Counted from the stretch's first letter, positions 36,955 through 47,919 are shown. The stretch: DNA of 64,000 nucleotides from an uncultured Micavibrio sp. (GCA_964575605.1 CAZNRN010000012.1:2933-66932), one strand, 5' to 3'. Program-made: numbers and translations. The notes: a model not told the origin generated them from the sequence alone.

Positions 36955-37401
36955 GGTGTCAGGCTCCAGCCGTATCCGGTGTTCAATATATAGCTTCGGA
37001 TTTGTGTAGCATGGACGCCTTAAAACGCAAAGAGTCGCGGGTATTTAGCGGGTGATTCTACATTCTGTTAATGCAACCAGCTATGCATCGCCCATCAAGT
37101 AATATGTTAATTATACACCCGCGCAAGACCAAAATTGCTGCCAAACCCCAGCAATTGCAGGGAAACAGCGGGATAACACCGCCCACCCGTGTCCCAGGCC
37201 TTGTTGCTTCGCCGCCACAGTTGGCGGCATTGTCGCCGCAGGGCGCTTGTTCAGGTTGACCTGTAACAGGCTTAAAAGTTACTTCTCGATTGTACGGTGA
37301 GAAGCGGCCGAGGGGCACTGTTCCGGGGTTTCGACTGATCATCACATCAAAAACGCTCTGGTTAAAATGAATTTATCCGGGGCACTTTGGAGGAAAACAC
37401 A

Positions 37402-38640
37402 ATGAAAAAACTTCTTATGGCAGGTACGGCCATCGTCGGCGCAGCGGTTCTCGCTTCGCCTGCAAAAGCCGAACTGAAACTGGATCTCGGTGGCCACTTC
37501 CGTGGTTACGTGGTCTACGCTGACAACGACGAAACCGGCACCGCCGGCGCGTCTGACGACCTGCGCGATTTCGATTTCAAACGCGATTTCGAAGTGCACT
37601 TCTCGGGCGAAACCACCACTGACAACGGCCTGACCGTTGGCGTTCACGCTGAACTCGACCTCGGCAACGAGTCGGATGACGCTGGCGTCCCGACCGGTCT
37701 GCCCTCTCCCTGGACCAGCGCTACCGATAAAGATCCCAACCAGCTCGACGAAGCTTACATGTACTTCTCGGGTGGCTGGGGCCGCGTGAACTTCGGTTCC
37801 GAAGACGGCGCTGCATACCTCCTGCAGGTTGCTGCTCCCTCGGCTGACAGCAACGTCGACGGTCTCCGTCAGTACGTTTCGGGCCTGAACGCAGACGTTT
37901 GGGATGATGCTACGGTCAACGGCTCGCTCGTTGCTTCTGGCTTCACATATCCCCTCGGCTACGACAACGCCTTCTTCCGCGACACCGACCGCCTCACCTA
38001 CCTGACGCCGAAATGGAACGGCTTCCAGGCTGGCGTGTCGTACGCTCCGGAACAAGGTCAGAACTCGGTTGACAACGCCTTCCAAGGCATGAACACCGAC
38101 GACGACACGACCGACTACGAACACCTCTGGGATATCGCTGCCCGCTGGGATGGCGAATTCAACGGTTTCGGCATCAGCGTTGGCGCGGGCTATACCCACG
38201 CTTCGGCTGAAAACGAAGTCGCTGCTGGTGCGAACGCGTTCGGCTCTGACGACATCGCTGCCTGGGATGCAGGCATCAACGTCGCCTACATGGGCTGGAG
38301 CCTCGGCGTTGGCTACCTCGACTACACCGACACCGGTGTGAACGACACGGCTGGCAACGGCACGGACGTCACCACCTGGATCGTTGGCGGCGCTTGGGAC
38401 AACGGCCCTTGGCACGTCGGCGCAAGCTGGTACAACACGGAAATCGAAGCTAACGCATTCGGTTTCGGCATGGGCGCCGGTGGCGTCGAAATCGACCGCT
38501 TCACGGTCGGTGGCGGCTACACCTACGGCCCCGGCATGACCTTCCGCGGCGCAGTGGCATGGGGCGATGTTGACGCTCCCGTTGCCGCTAACGCAACGGA
38601 CTTCGTGCAAGTCACCTTCGGTACCGACGTTTCCTTCTAA
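37402..38640 (+). CDS. outer-membrane porin (paralog A)
   Basis: GGAGGA ribosome-binding site and signal peptide MKKLLMAGTAIVGAAVLASPAKA. Alternating beta-strand pattern with a C-terminal ...DVSF. By eye, about half or more of residues are identical to 40272..41465. Confidence 0.88.
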   Translation: MKKLLMAGTAIVGAAVLASPAKAELKLDLGGHFRGYVVYADNDETGTAGASDDLRDFDFKRDFEVHFSGETTTDNGLTVGVHAELDLGNESDDAGVPTGLPSPWTSATDKDPNQLDEAYMYFSGGWGRVNFGSEDGAAYLLQVAAPSADSNVDGLRQYVSGLNADVWDDATVNGSLVASGFTYPLGYDNAFFRDTDRLTYLTPKWNGFQAGVSYAPEQGQNSVDNAFQGMNTDDDTTDYEHLWDIAARWDGEFNGFGISVGAGYTHASAENEVAAGANAFGSDDIAAWDAGINVAYMGWSLGVGYLDYTDTGVNDTAGNGTDVTTWIVGGAWDNGPWHVGASWYNTEIEANAFGFGMGAGGVEIDRFTVGGGYTYGPGMTFRGAVAWGDVDAPVAANATDFVQVTFGTDVSF

Positions 38641-38678
38641 TCGGAAACATCGTCCCGAAAGGACAATGGATAAAAGGG

Positions 38679-38708
38679 GGAGCGCCGCAAGGCGCTCCTT
38701 CCTTTTTT
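38679..38708 (+). terminator. rho-independent terminator after porin A
   Basis: GGAGCGCC-GCAA-GGCGCTCC followed by TTCCTTTTTT. Confidence 0.8.
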
Positions 38709-38733
38709 GCGTGATATTTGAGACTATCGCCCT

Positions 38734-40275
38734 ATGCAGGACGAAGGCGTTAAAAAAGGGCAGGGGGCAGGCGGCGATATCACCGCGATCGATGCAGCCC
38801 TCAAGGCAGCGACGGGTTTCCTGCAGCAAAACCGGCCGGCCGAAGCCGAGAAAATATATCGCGATATCTTTTTACGCCAGCCCAACAACCCCGCGGCCCT
38901 TTTCAACCTGGGCCTTCTGGCCGGACGCCGCGGCTCACATGCGGACGCGGCGAAGTTCTTCGAACACCTGCTGACCGTGGCGCCACAGGATATGGACGCC
39001 CTGGCAGCGCTCGCCATTACCAAGGCCGAACTGGGGCAGGTCGACCAGGCTTATGAACTCGCCACTCGCGCAACTTCCGGGGCGTCAGGCCCGGCGCTGA
39101 CGCAACTTGCGGCGATGTATGGAGAAACCGGCGACCATGACAAGGCTGTCTTTTGCCTGCGTAAGGCTTTGCAGCAGCGTCCTTCCGACATCAACGCACT
39201 GTGCCTGCTCGCGTCCTATACCCGCCTTGCGGCCGACGACCCTGCCTTTTTGTCGTTGCGGACAGTTGACGAGCGCAACGCGCTGCCCGATGCCAATTCA
39301 CGCGCCCGTGCGGCCTTTGCGCTTGGCAAAGCCTATATGGACCAAGGCGACAGTGCCCGGGCTTTTGCGCTTTACGCCAAAGGCAACGCGTTAAAAAAAT
39401 CTACCTATGCGGGCTACGATATCGCGCGGCATGAAAAATACATCGAAAGCATTATCGCGCTTTTCGATGTGCAAACTGTGGCACGGATGCAAAGCGCCAT
39501 CCCGCCATCAGTTGCGGGTGAAAGGCCGGTATTTATCGTAGGTGTTCCGCGTTCCGGCTCGACACTTGTCGACCAGATATTATCCAGCCATCCGCAAGTG
39601 CGCAGCCTGGGCGAAAGCCCGGCAGTCCGGATGTCGGTGCCTTACTTTGAAAACAAGGAAGGGCAGGGGCTTTTCGGGCAGCGCGAACCCAGCATCACCA
39701 GCTCACTTATCGAAGGCCTGGACACTGACATGCTAGCCGCTATCCGCGGGCGATATATGGCTTTTGCCAAATACCAATCGCAGGCTACAGGATGTGTCGT
39801 CGACAAGATGCTCGGCAATTTCATGTTCCTCGGACTTTTACGCCTCGCGTTTCCCGGGGCAAAGTTTATCCACTGTATGCGCGACCCTGCCGATGCCGGG
39901 TTGTCGATCTGGAGCCTTATCTTCTGGCCGAACATGCCTTGGGCCTACGACCAGCGGAACATTGCGCGCTATTTCTTGGCCGAGAAGAAACTCATGGACC
40001 ACTGGAAAAAACTTTTTCCCGGCGGAATATACGAGGCCCGTTACGAACGATTGGTGGCTGACCAAGAAGGCGAAACGAGACGCCTGCTGGAATATTGCGG
40101 CCTGGCATGGGACGAACGGTGCCTCAAATTCCATGAAACGCGCAGGGTCGTTAAAACCGCCAGCGTCGCCCAGGTGCGCCGACCGCTTTACAACGATTCC
40201 GTCGCTAAATGGAAAAAACACGAAAACCATCTGGACGAGTTACTGACAACACTGCGGCAGGGGGGCTGGCAATGA
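38734..40275 (+). CDS. TPR-repeat protein fused to a sulfotransferase domain
   Basis: The N-terminal ~230 aa are TPR-like. VFIVGVPRSGSTLVDQILSSHPQV is a PAPS 5'-phosphosulfate-binding-loop type motif. The C-terminal domain is typical of the TPR-sulfotransferase family. Confidence 0.8.
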   Translation: MQDEGVKKGQGAGGDITAIDAALKAATGFLQQNRPAEAEKIYRDIFLRQPNNPAALFNLGLLAGRRGSHADAAKFFEHLLTVAPQDMDALAALAITKAELGQVDQAYELATRATSGASGPALTQLAAMYGETGDHDKAVFCLRKALQQRPSDINALCLLASYTRLAADDPAFLSLRTVDERNALPDANSRARAAFALGKAYMDQGDSARAFALYAKGNALKKSTYAGYDIARHEKYIESIIALFDVQTVARMQSAIPPSVAGERPVFIVGVPRSGSTLVDQILSSHPQVRSLGESPAVRMSVPYFENKEGQGLFGQREPSITSSLIEGLDTDMLAAIRGRYMAFAKYQSQATGCVVDKMLGNFMFLGLLRLAFPGAKFIHCMRDPADAGLSIWSLIFWPNMPWAYDQRNIARYFLAEKKLMDHWKKLFPGGIYEARYERLVADQEGETRRLLEYCGLAWDERCLKFHETRRVVKTASVAQVRRPLYNDSVAKWKKHENHLDELLTTLRQGGWQ

Positions 40276-41465
40276 AGAAACTGGTATCGGCTTGTGTATT
40301 AAGCGCACTTGCGTTCTCGTCTCTTGCCGCGCGGGCAGAGGACAAAAAGCTTTCGCTCGATCTGAAGGGGTATATCCGCAATTACGTGATTTACGCCGAC
40401 AACGACGAAACCGGCAGCGCCGCGCCCTCCGACGACCTGCGGCAGTTTGACTTCCGCCGCGAGATCGAGGTGCATTTCAAGGGTGAAACAACCTTTGATA
40501 ACGGCCTTACCGTAGGAATTCAGTCCGAATTCGAACTGGGCAACGAATCCGACGATGCCAGCGTGCCGACGGGCAATGATCCTAACCAGTTCGACGAAGC
40601 CTTCCTCTATTTCAAGGGCAATTTTGGCCGTGTGAATTTCGGCTCCAAGGACGGCGCCGCTTATATGCTGCAGGTTTCGGCTCCGGCTGCTGACGCCTAT
40701 ATCGACGGTATGCGGGTTTATATGCAGGGCCTGAACCCTGATGTCTGGGACGATGGCCTGATTAATGCTTCCTTCGCGCCGGCCGGGTTCTCGTTGCGCC
40801 TCGGCTACGATAATGCCGATTTCCGTGGCACGGACAGGATTACTTATTTCACACCCGAGTTCCACGGCTTCAAAGCGGGTGTTTCCTATGCGCCCGAGAA
40901 CGGCCAGAACGAAGTCGATGATGCTTTCGGCGGCATGGCGCCCGACGACAGGCCGGGAAAATTCGAACACATCTGGGATGCGGCCCTGCGCTGGGACGGC
41001 GAGGCAGGGCCCTTTAGCCTCCAGGCTGGCGCGGGCTATGTCCATGCTGCGACCGAAGTTGACGCCGCGCCCGGCGCATCCGGTTCCGATGACTTTGCTT
41101 CATGGGATGCAGGTTTTGCCGTGGACTACAAGGACTTCAGCCTCGGCACAGCTTACCGGCGCTCCAACACCGGCGTCTCAGGCCCTGATACTGACAGGAC
41201 AACATATGTCATCGGCCTCGGCTGGGATAAGGGACCTTGGCATGCAGGCGCAACATGGTACCGGCAGGATTTCGATTCCAACGCCAACAGCTTCGGTTTC
41301 GTGGATGATATCAGCCTGCAGCGAATCACTGTCGGCGGGGGCTATATCCTGATCCCGGGCGTCAGCTTCCGCGGCACAGTCAGTATGGGAAGTGTCGACA
41401 CCGGCACGGCCGGCAACGATACCGATTTTACGCAAATTACTTTCGGCAACGAGATTAAGTTCTGA
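40272..41465 (+). CDS. outer-membrane porin (paralog B)
   Basis: The ATG overlaps the sulfotransferase TGA (ATGA). Signal peptide MKKLVSACVLSALAFSSLAARA, C-terminal ...EIKF. Confidence 0.88.
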   Translation: MKKLVSACVLSALAFSSLAARAEDKKLSLDLKGYIRNYVIYADNDETGSAAPSDDLRQFDFRREIEVHFKGETTFDNGLTVGIQSEFELGNESDDASVPTGNDPNQFDEAFLYFKGNFGRVNFGSKDGAAYMLQVSAPAADAYIDGMRVYMQGLNPDVWDDGLINASFAPAGFSLRLGYDNADFRGTDRITYFTPEFHGFKAGVSYAPENGQNEVDDAFGGMAPDDRPGKFEHIWDAALRWDGEAGPFSLQAGAGYVHAATEVDAAPGASGSDDFASWDAGFAVDYKDFSLGTAYRRSNTGVSGPDTDRTTYVIGLGWDKGPWHAGATWYRQDFDSNANSFGFVDDISLQRITVGGGYILIPGVSFRGTVSMGSVDTGTAGNDTDFTQITFGNEIKF

Positions 41466-41487
41466 TTTCCCTGCAAAACCGGTGCAA

Positions 41488-41522
41488 AAACGGCGTTTTC
41501 TTTACGTAAACACCGTTTTTTG
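41488..41522 (+). terminator. probable rho-independent terminator after porin B
   Basis: AAACGGCGTTT-loop-AAACACCGTTT (one mismatch) followed by a T-run. Confidence 0.55.
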
Positions 41523-41596
41523 GTTGCTTTACCCTTGAACGGGGGCTTAAATCAACCCAGATTTTGTGCAGCGCACCCTTTTTGAAGGAGATATTC

Positions 41597-42793
41597 ATGG
41601 GCACCCAAAACAACGATCCTATCGTCATCGTCGGCATGGCACGGACGCCGATCGGCGCCTTCCAAGGCGAACTCGCCAACTTCACCGCCTCCGACCTCGG
41701 CAAGTTCGCGATCGAGGAAGCGCTGAAGCGCTCCAACGTAAAGCCGGGCGACGTCGAAGACGTCGTCATGGGGTGCGTACTGCCGGCAGGGCAGGGCCAG
41801 GCGCCCGCCCGTCAGGCCAGCATCAAGGCCGGCATTCCTGATTCCGTCGGTGCGACCACCATCAACAAAATGTGCGGCTCGGGCATGAAGGCCGTGATGT
41901 TCGCGCATGACAATATCCTGGCCGGCTCGGCTAACGTCATGGTCGCAGGCGGCATGGAAAGCATGACCAACGCGCCCTACCTGCTCGACAAGGCGCGCGG
42001 CGGCATCCGTATGGGCCATGGAAAGGTCCTCGACCATATGTTCCTAGACGGCCTCGAAGACGCCTACGATAAAGGCCAGCTGATGGGCGTTTTCGCAGAT
42101 GACACCGCCCGCAAATGCCAGCTGACGCGTGAAGATCAGGATAAATTCGCGATTGCCTCGCTCAGCCGCGCACTCGAAGCGAGCAAATCAGGTGCTTTCA
42201 AGGCCGAAATCGTGCCGATCACCATCAAGGCAAAAACCGGCGACACCGTCATCTCGGAAGATGAATCGCCGAAAAAGGGCAAGCCCGAGAAAATCCCGAC
42301 GCTGAAGCCCGCGTTCACGCCCGATGGCACCGTCACCGCCGCAAACGCCTCGTCGATTTCCGACGGCGCCGCGGCAATCGTGCTGATGCGTAAATCCGAA
42401 GCGCAAAAGCGCGGCCTGAAAGTTCTGGCCGAGATCAGGGCACATGCGACCCACGCGCAAAAACCTGCCGAATTCACGCTGGCTCCTATCGGTGCCACCA
42501 AAAAAGTGCTGGAAAAAGCGGGTTGGACGGCAAAAGACGTCGACCTTTACGAAATCAACGAAGCTTTCGCCGTGGTGACTTTGGCCGCGATGAAAGAACT
42601 GGGCTTACCGCATGAAAAGGTGAACGTGAACGGCGGCGCTTGCGCCCTTGGCCATCCGATCGGCGCATCGGGTGCCCGCATTATCATCACGCTGCTCTCC
42701 GAACTCGAGCGCCGCGGCCTGAAAAAAGGCGTCGCGTCACTCTGCATCGGCGGCGGCGAAGGCACGGCGATCGCGCTCGAAAGGGCGGCATAA
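41597..42793 (+). CDS. acetyl-CoA acetyltransferase (PhaA/AtoB-type thiolase)
   Basis: INKMCGSGMKAV, NVNGGACALGHPIGASG, CIGGGEG. Start at MGTQNNDPIVIVG. Confidence 0.9.
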   Translation: MGTQNNDPIVIVGMARTPIGAFQGELANFTASDLGKFAIEEALKRSNVKPGDVEDVVMGCVLPAGQGQAPARQASIKAGIPDSVGATTINKMCGSGMKAVMFAHDNILAGSANVMVAGGMESMTNAPYLLDKARGGIRMGHGKVLDHMFLDGLEDAYDKGQLMGVFADDTARKCQLTREDQDKFAIASLSRALEASKSGAFKAEIVPITIKAKTGDTVISEDESPKKGKPEKIPTLKPAFTPDGTVTAANASSISDGAAAIVLMRKSEAQKRGLKVLAEIRAHATHAQKPAEFTLAPIGATKKVLEKAGWTAKDVDLYEINEAFAVVTLAAMKELGLPHEKVNVNGGACALGHPIGASGARIIITLLSELERRGLKKGVASLCIGGGEGTAIALERAA

Positions 42794-42799
42794 GGACGC

Positions 42800-44758
42800 T
42801 TGGCCAAACGACGCTCCAGAAGTTCTGCTACAAAAACAGGAAGCCGCCGCACTGGCGGCTTCCGGTCTTTTGTGCGCTTTTGTTTCGCGCTGGGGCTTTT
42901 CGGCTTCGCGGGTTTCATGCTGATGCTGGCATGGCTGGCCTATGGCCTGCCGGACGCCAGCCAGGTAAAGCCCCTCGAAATTCATCCCAGCATCACGGTC
43001 CTTGCGTCCGACGGCACGCTTATCGCGCGGTACGGCGGGATGAAGGGCGATGTCATCAACGTGAAAGACCTGCCGCCCTATGTCTCGGCCGCGGTGCTTT
43101 CGATTGAAGACCGCCGCTTCTACGACCATTTCGGCATCGACCCGATCGGTCTTGGCCGCGCCATGCTGGTCAACATACAGGCGAGGCGCTGGGTGCAGGG
43201 CGGCTCCACCATTACGCAGCAGCTTGCCAAGAACCTCTTCCTGACGCCCGACAAAACCCTGCGCCGCAAAGGGCAGGAAGCAATGATGGCGCTTTGGATC
43301 GAGCGCAAGTTTACCAAGGATGAAATCCTTTCCGCCTACCTCAACCGCGTTTACTTCGGTTCGGGTGCCTATGGCATTGACGCGGCAGCGCGTACCTACT
43401 TCGGCAAACCCGCGCAGGACCTGACGCTCTGGGAAAGCGCGGTGCTGGCTGGCTTGCTCAAGGCGCCGTCCCGCTATTCTCCCGGCAGCAACCCGGCGCT
43501 TGCCCGCGAACGGGCGAAAGTCGTTGTCGCCGCCATGGAACGCGCCGGTTACATCGACAAGGGTATGAAGGTGCAGGAGCTGAAAGAAGCCAAGATGCGC
43601 CTTGCGGGTTCGGATTCAGGCGATCTCAACCGCTATTTCGCCGACTGGGTGATCGACCAGATCGACAGCTATGTGACGACTGCGTCCGGTGACCTCGTCA
43701 TCCGCACCACCTTTAGCCCGCAGCTGCAGTTACTGGCAGAAGCGCAGCAAAAAGCGCTTTTCGCTTCGCTAAAGCCTGACCAGAAAATTTCGCAGACAGC
43801 GCTGGTGACACTTGGCATCGACGGCGCGGTACTGGCAATGATCGGCGGCACCGATTATACCGAAAGCCAGTTTAACCGCGCCACACAGGCCGTGCGCCAG
43901 CCGGGTTCCTCGTTCAAGCCCTTCGTGTTTCTGGCCGCACTTGAGGCGGGTTATCGCCCCAGCGATATGCTCGAGGATGCACCGCTGAAAATCGGCAAAT
44001 ACCAGCCGAAAAACTACAATAACAAATATTACGGCCAGGTAACGCTGACCGATGCAATCGCGCTCTCCCTCAACACGGCAACCATCCGCCTGCTGCAAAA
44101 CGTCGGGCTGGCTGCACTTCTTGATACCGTGCAGCGTCTTGGCTTCACGCGCAAGTTCAAGGCCGAATTGGCCACAGGATTAGGGGCAGGGGAGGCAACG
44201 CTCTTGGAAATGACCTCCGCTTATGCCGTGATTGCCAACGGTGGCCGCGCAGCATGGCCTTGGGCGGTACTGTCGATCGAAGACGCGAAGGGTAACACCA
44301 TTTATACGCGCGAATCCATGGGGCAATTGCGGATGTTCAACCAACGTGATATTTCCGCGCTCGACAGCATGCTGGTGCAGGTGCTGGCGCGTGGTACGGG
44401 GCAGGCGGCGCAGCTGTCGCGGGGCCATACAGCCGGCAAGACTGGAACCTCACAGGACTACCGTGACGCCTGGTTCATCGGCTACACCGACAGGCTTGTC
44501 ACAGGCATATGGATGGGTAACGACGATAACTCGCCGATGGAACAGGTATCCGGCGGCAAATATCCCGCGCGTCTCTGGCACGACTACATGGAGCCTGCTT
44601 TGAATGTCGAAGTGCGCAGCTATGCGCTTGCGCCCGCCCGCGAAGGCGGTAGCGACGATGGGTTCTCCCGCATGCTTGACCGTTGGTCGTCGGGCGATTT
44701 CGGCGGCGGTTTCAGTGGCGGTTTCAGTGGCAATGACGTGCCGGTTTATAACCCATAG
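42800..44758 (+). CDS. class A penicillin-binding protein (transglycosylase/transpeptidase)
   Basis: N-terminal TM segment. GT51 motifs EDRRFYDHFGID and GGSTITQQ. Transpeptidase motifs SSFKP (SxxK) and KTGTS. Confidence 0.9.
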   Translation: MAKRRSRSSATKTGSRRTGGFRSFVRFCFALGLFGFAGFMLMLAWLAYGLPDASQVKPLEIHPSITVLASDGTLIARYGGMKGDVINVKDLPPYVSAAVLSIEDRRFYDHFGIDPIGLGRAMLVNIQARRWVQGGSTITQQLAKNLFLTPDKTLRRKGQEAMMALWIERKFTKDEILSAYLNRVYFGSGAYGIDAAARTYFGKPAQDLTLWESAVLAGLLKAPSRYSPGSNPALARERAKVVVAAMERAGYIDKGMKVQELKEAKMRLAGSDSGDLNRYFADWVIDQIDSYVTTASGDLVIRTTFSPQLQLLAEAQQKALFASLKPDQKISQTALVTLGIDGAVLAMIGGTDYTESQFNRATQAVRQPGSSFKPFVFLAALEAGYRPSDMLEDAPLKIGKYQPKNYNNKYYGQVTLTDAIALSLNTATIRLLQNVGLAALLDTVQRLGFTRKFKAELATGLGAGEATLLEMTSAYAVIANGGRAAWPWAVLSIEDAKGNTIYTRESMGQLRMFNQRDISALDSMLVQVLARGTGQAAQLSRGHTAGKTGTSQDYRDAWFIGYTDRLVTGIWMGNDDNSPMEQVSGGKYPARLWHDYMEPALNVEVRSYALAPAREGGSDDGFSRMLDRWSSGDFGGGFSGGFSGNDVPVYNP

Positions 44759-44812
44759 GCGTGTAGCCCCGGAACTCCAGTAATGCACCCTGACGCGATG
44801 TTAAGTAACCGG

Positions 44813-45250
44813 TCAGTCTGATCTACAGGGGATGTTATTCCGCGCCAGCTCATCGACGCGCTCGTTTTCCACATGACCCGCGTGGCCCTTTACCCAGACC
44901 CATTTCAGTTTGTTCAGCGGCAACAGGCTGTCAAGTTCCATCCAGAGGTCGATATTTTTCACGTCTTTCTTGTCGGAGGTTTTCCAGCCGCGTTTTTTCC
45001 AGCCTTCAAGATATTCGGTAACACCCTTCAACACATACTGGCTATCCGTGTGGATGGTAACCTGGCAGGGCGGCTTGATCGCTTTCAGGCCTTCGATCAC
45101 CGCTTTCATTTCCATGCGGTTGTTGGTAGTGGCCGTCTCGCCGCCGCCCAGTTCCTTTTCGTGTTTGCCGTAGCGCAACAGTGCGCCCCATCCGCCCGGG
45201 CCGGGGTTGCCGCTGCAGGCCCCATCAGTGAAAAGGTCGACCTTCTTCAT
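44813..45250 (-). CDS. rnhA: ribonuclease HI
   Basis: [34 protein letters not shown]. 145 aa. Confidence 0.92.
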   Translation of the reverse strand: MKKVDLFTDGACSGNPGPGGWGALLRYGKHEKELGGGETATTNNRMEMKAVIEGLKAIKPPCQVTIHTDSQYVLKGVTEYLEGWKKRGWKTSDKKDVKNIDLWMELDSLLPLNKLKWVWVKGHAGHVENERVDELARNNIPCRSD

Positions 45251-46212
45251 GGCGTAAAGCCGTAATCGTCGAGCGAGGCTACCTGTTGGTGGAAGCGTAA
45301 TATCTTCACATGTTCCATCGGGTCTTTCGCCCGCACCAGTGCACCCTCGACCGGATGGAGCCAGTCGTAAAGCCTTGTCGCGATAATCCGCATCGCCGCT
45401 GCGCGGCCAAAGAAGGGCAGGGACTTCAGTTCGTTCTTAGCCAGCGGCCGCCCCTTGTGGTAGTTGGCAAGGAAAGCATGCGAGCGGCCGGTATCAAGGT
45501 CACCCTTCCAGTCGAAACACCACGGGTTCATCGCCAGCATCAGGTCATAGGCCAGTGTCTCGGTGCAGGAAAAATAGAAATCGATGACACCGGTCAGTTT
45601 TTCATCGGTAAAGAAAACGTTGTCGGGAAAGAAATCCGCATGAACCATGCCGCGCGGCAGGTATTTCGGCCAGTTATCGTGCAGGTATGACAGTTCCTGC
45701 GTCAGGAATTTATAAAGACCTGGCTCCACTGTATCGGCTTTTTCCGCGCAGGCCTGTATCAGGGCTTCCCATGCAGCAAGCCCGACAGAATTTTTTCTCT
45801 TCATCGAAAAATCGCGGCCGGCGCGGTGCATCGCGGCGAGAGTTTCGCCGGCTGCCTGGCAATGATGCGCGTAAATTTCACGCGGCCAGGCACCCTGCAG
45901 GAATTCAGATACCAGAGCGGGCTTTCCTTCCAGCGTAAAAACGTTTCTGCCTTCGCCATCATGCAGGACAGCAGGACAGGGGATGCCGCGTTTTTTAAGA
46001 TGCTCCATATAGCCGATGTAGAAAGGCAGTTCTTCCGGATTGGCGCGTTTTTCGATGACGGTCAGGATATAGCGGCCGGTAGATGTATTAAGCAGGTAGT
46101 TGGTATTTTCAACACCTTCGGTAATGCCCTCGGACGAAACAAGGCTTCCTACGCCCAGCCTCTGGAGCAGGGCGCTGATTTTCTCGTCGGTGATATGCGT
46201 ATACACAGCCAT
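45247..46212 (-). CDS. thrB: homoserine kinase, type II (APH-like ThrB)
   Basis: [16 protein letters not shown]...GVENTNYLL and [11 protein letters not shown]. 4-nt overlap with rnhA. Confidence 0.85.
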   Translation of the reverse strand: MAVYTHITDEKISALLQRLGVGSLVSSEGITEGVENTNYLLNTSTGRYILTVIEKRANPEELPFYIGYMEHLKKRGIPCPAVLHDGEGRNVFTLEGKPALVSEFLQGAWPREIYAHHCQAAGETLAAMHRAGRDFSMKRKNSVGLAAWEALIQACAEKADTVEPGLYKFLTQELSYLHDNWPKYLPRGMVHADFFPDNVFFTDEKLTGVIDFYFSCTETLAYDLMLAMNPWCFDWKGDLDTGRSHAFLANYHKGRPLAKNELKSLPFFGRAAAMRIIATRLYDWLHPVEGALVRAKDPMEHVKILRFHQQVASLDDYGFTP

Positions 46213-46266
46213 TACCGCTTAAAGGATAGCGGAAAGGGCAGGCTGCTGCCAGAGAGTTAGAAATGC

Positions 46267-46788
46267 TTAAAAACCGGGGCCTTTGGGGCCGGGACGGCGC
46301 GGCAGGCCCGCGGGCGCCACCTTCGTGAAGGGGAAGTGGCGGCGTGTGCCTTCAACCAGGCCGGTTTTACCGTTTTCCTCGACCTTTGAGCGCTGCAGGT
46401 CCTGCCAGCTACGCTCCGTCACCGAAAATTCACCATCGCTGCCGGTAAACTCGATTTCTATTTCCTTGTCGTAAGGATTTGTCGATTGAATCTGTACCGC
46501 CGGCACATCGCTGTGTCCGCCGATGCGTATGGAATAAGTGTCGTTGAGGTGTGTCAGTTCGTTCATCAACTCTGCCAGCGCGAGTTTGCGTGTATAGGGA
46601 TCAGGATCAAAAACCTGATCGCCCGCGCGCAGCACGGCTGTTTTCACACGCTCGCTCCACGCAGGGAAATCGCCCATCTGAGCGGGCTGCAGCTTGTCGT
46701 CGGGCAGGCTGAACGCAATCATGTAGCCAAGACCATTCTCAATGGTCTCGCTCTTTACTTCCACGGTCAGGCAAAAGGACTTCGCCAT
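46267..46788 (-). CDS. hypothetical protein (173 aa)
   Basis: Clean ORF between ispH and thrB on the same strand. No recognisable family. The C-terminus is R/P/G-rich. Confidence 0.6.
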   Translation of the reverse strand: MAKSFCLTVEVKSETIENGLGYMIAFSLPDDKLQPAQMGDFPAWSERVKTAVLRAGDQVFDPDPYTRKLALAELMNELTHLNDTYSIRIGGHSDVPAVQIQSTNPYDKEIEIEFTGSDGEFSVTERSWQDLQRSKVEENGKTGLVEGTRRHFPFTKVAPAGLPRRPGPKGPGF

Positions 46789-46894
46789 CGCTTGCGATTC
46801 TCGTCGTTGAAACTAAATGACTGTCTGGGCGCTACTATATGGGGTGAAGTTTCAAAATCAAGCCTGAAAAACACAGAAAATGACTTTTTCTGTA

Positions 46895-47839
46895 TCAGGC
46901 CGTGAGGATGCGGGGGATTTTGAAGGTCAGGCCTTCTTGCGCCACTACTGTGGTCTCGACCTTGACCTCGTAATCCTGCCGGGCCCGGTCGATCACTTGC
47001 TGTACAAGCAATTCTGGGGCAGAGGCGCCGGCTGTCAGGCCCAAAACGGTCATGCCCTTAAGCGCATCCCAGGGGATATCCGAAGCCTTGTCGGCAAGGT
47101 AGGCCTGTTTCGCGCCATAGGCCTTGGCAACCTCCACCAGCCGGTTCGAGTTCGAGGAGCTTTTGGAGCCAATCACCACCACTGCATCTGCCTTCGGCGC
47201 GATGTCCTTCACCGCAAGCTGGCGGTTGGTGGTGGCATAGCAGATATCTTCTTTTTTCGGCGCCGCGACCAAAGGATAACGCTGCCGCAGGGCATCGACG
47301 ATTTCTTTGGTGTCGTCGATAGATAAAGTTGTCTGCGTCACATAAGCGATTTTATTGCTGTCGCTGAATTGCAGCTTCGCGACATCTGCCATGGTTTCAA
47401 CCAGCACGACAGCGCCTTCCGGCAGCTGTCCCATCGTGCCGATCACCTCTGGATGCCCCGCATGGCCGATCAGGATGATTTTATGCCCGTTGCGATGGTG
47501 CAGCTCCGCTTCGCGGTGAACCTTGCTGACCAAAGGGCAGGTGGCGTCGACAAAGATCATGTTCCGCCGTTTCGCTTCTTCGGGCACATGTTTCGGCACG
47601 CCATGAGCCGAAAAAATAACAGGCGCACCCTCGGGCACTTCGGTCAGTTCCTTTACGAAGACGGCACCCTTGGCGCGCAGGTCTTCGAGGACGTGTTTAT
47701 TATGTACAATCTCGTGCCGCACATAGACGGGTGCCCCGAACTTGGCGAGCGACTTCTCGACGATCTCGATCGCGCGGTCGACGCCCGCGCAAAAACCCCG
47801 CGGGCTGGCCAGAAGGATGGTGAGGGGCGGCTTTTCCAT
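46895..47839 (-). CDS. ispH: 4-hydroxy-3-methylbut-2-enyl diphosphate reductase
   Basis: [15 protein letters not shown] with conserved Cys and His residues. Start set at MEKPPL (47839). The TTG at 47902 would add 21 aa with no counterpart in E. coli IspH. Confidence 0.9.
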   Translation of the reverse strand: MEKPPLTILLASPRGFCAGVDRAIEIVEKSLAKFGAPVYVRHEIVHNKHVLEDLRAKGAVFVKELTEVPEGAPVIFSAHGVPKHVPEEAKRRNMIFVDATCPLVSKVHREAELHHRNGHKIILIGHAGHPEVIGTMGQLPEGAVVLVETMADVAKLQFSDSNKIAYVTQTTLSIDDTKEIVDALRQRYPLVAAPKKEDICYATTNRQLAVKDIAPKADAVVVIGSKSSSNSNRLVEVAKAYGAKQAYLADKASDIPWDALKGMTVLGLTAGASAPELLVQQVIDRARQDYEVKVETTVVAQEGLTFKIPRILTA

Positions 47840-47919
47840 GTGCCTGACTATAGGTGCCGCAGGGGCTTGAGTCGAGGGGCGGGCAGGGGTATCTTTGTGC
47901 AAATCTTCAGGAAAAAACC

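Noticed and set aside
37342-38829. 495-aa ORF on the minus strand covering the whole porin A gene
   Set aside because: It is the antisense frame of a well-supported gene that has a ribosome-binding site, a signal peptide, a beta-barrel pattern, a C-terminal Phe and a terminator. Its product is a V/A/G/R-rich mirror sequence with no start context. Long stop-free antisense frames are expected in GC-rich coding DNA.
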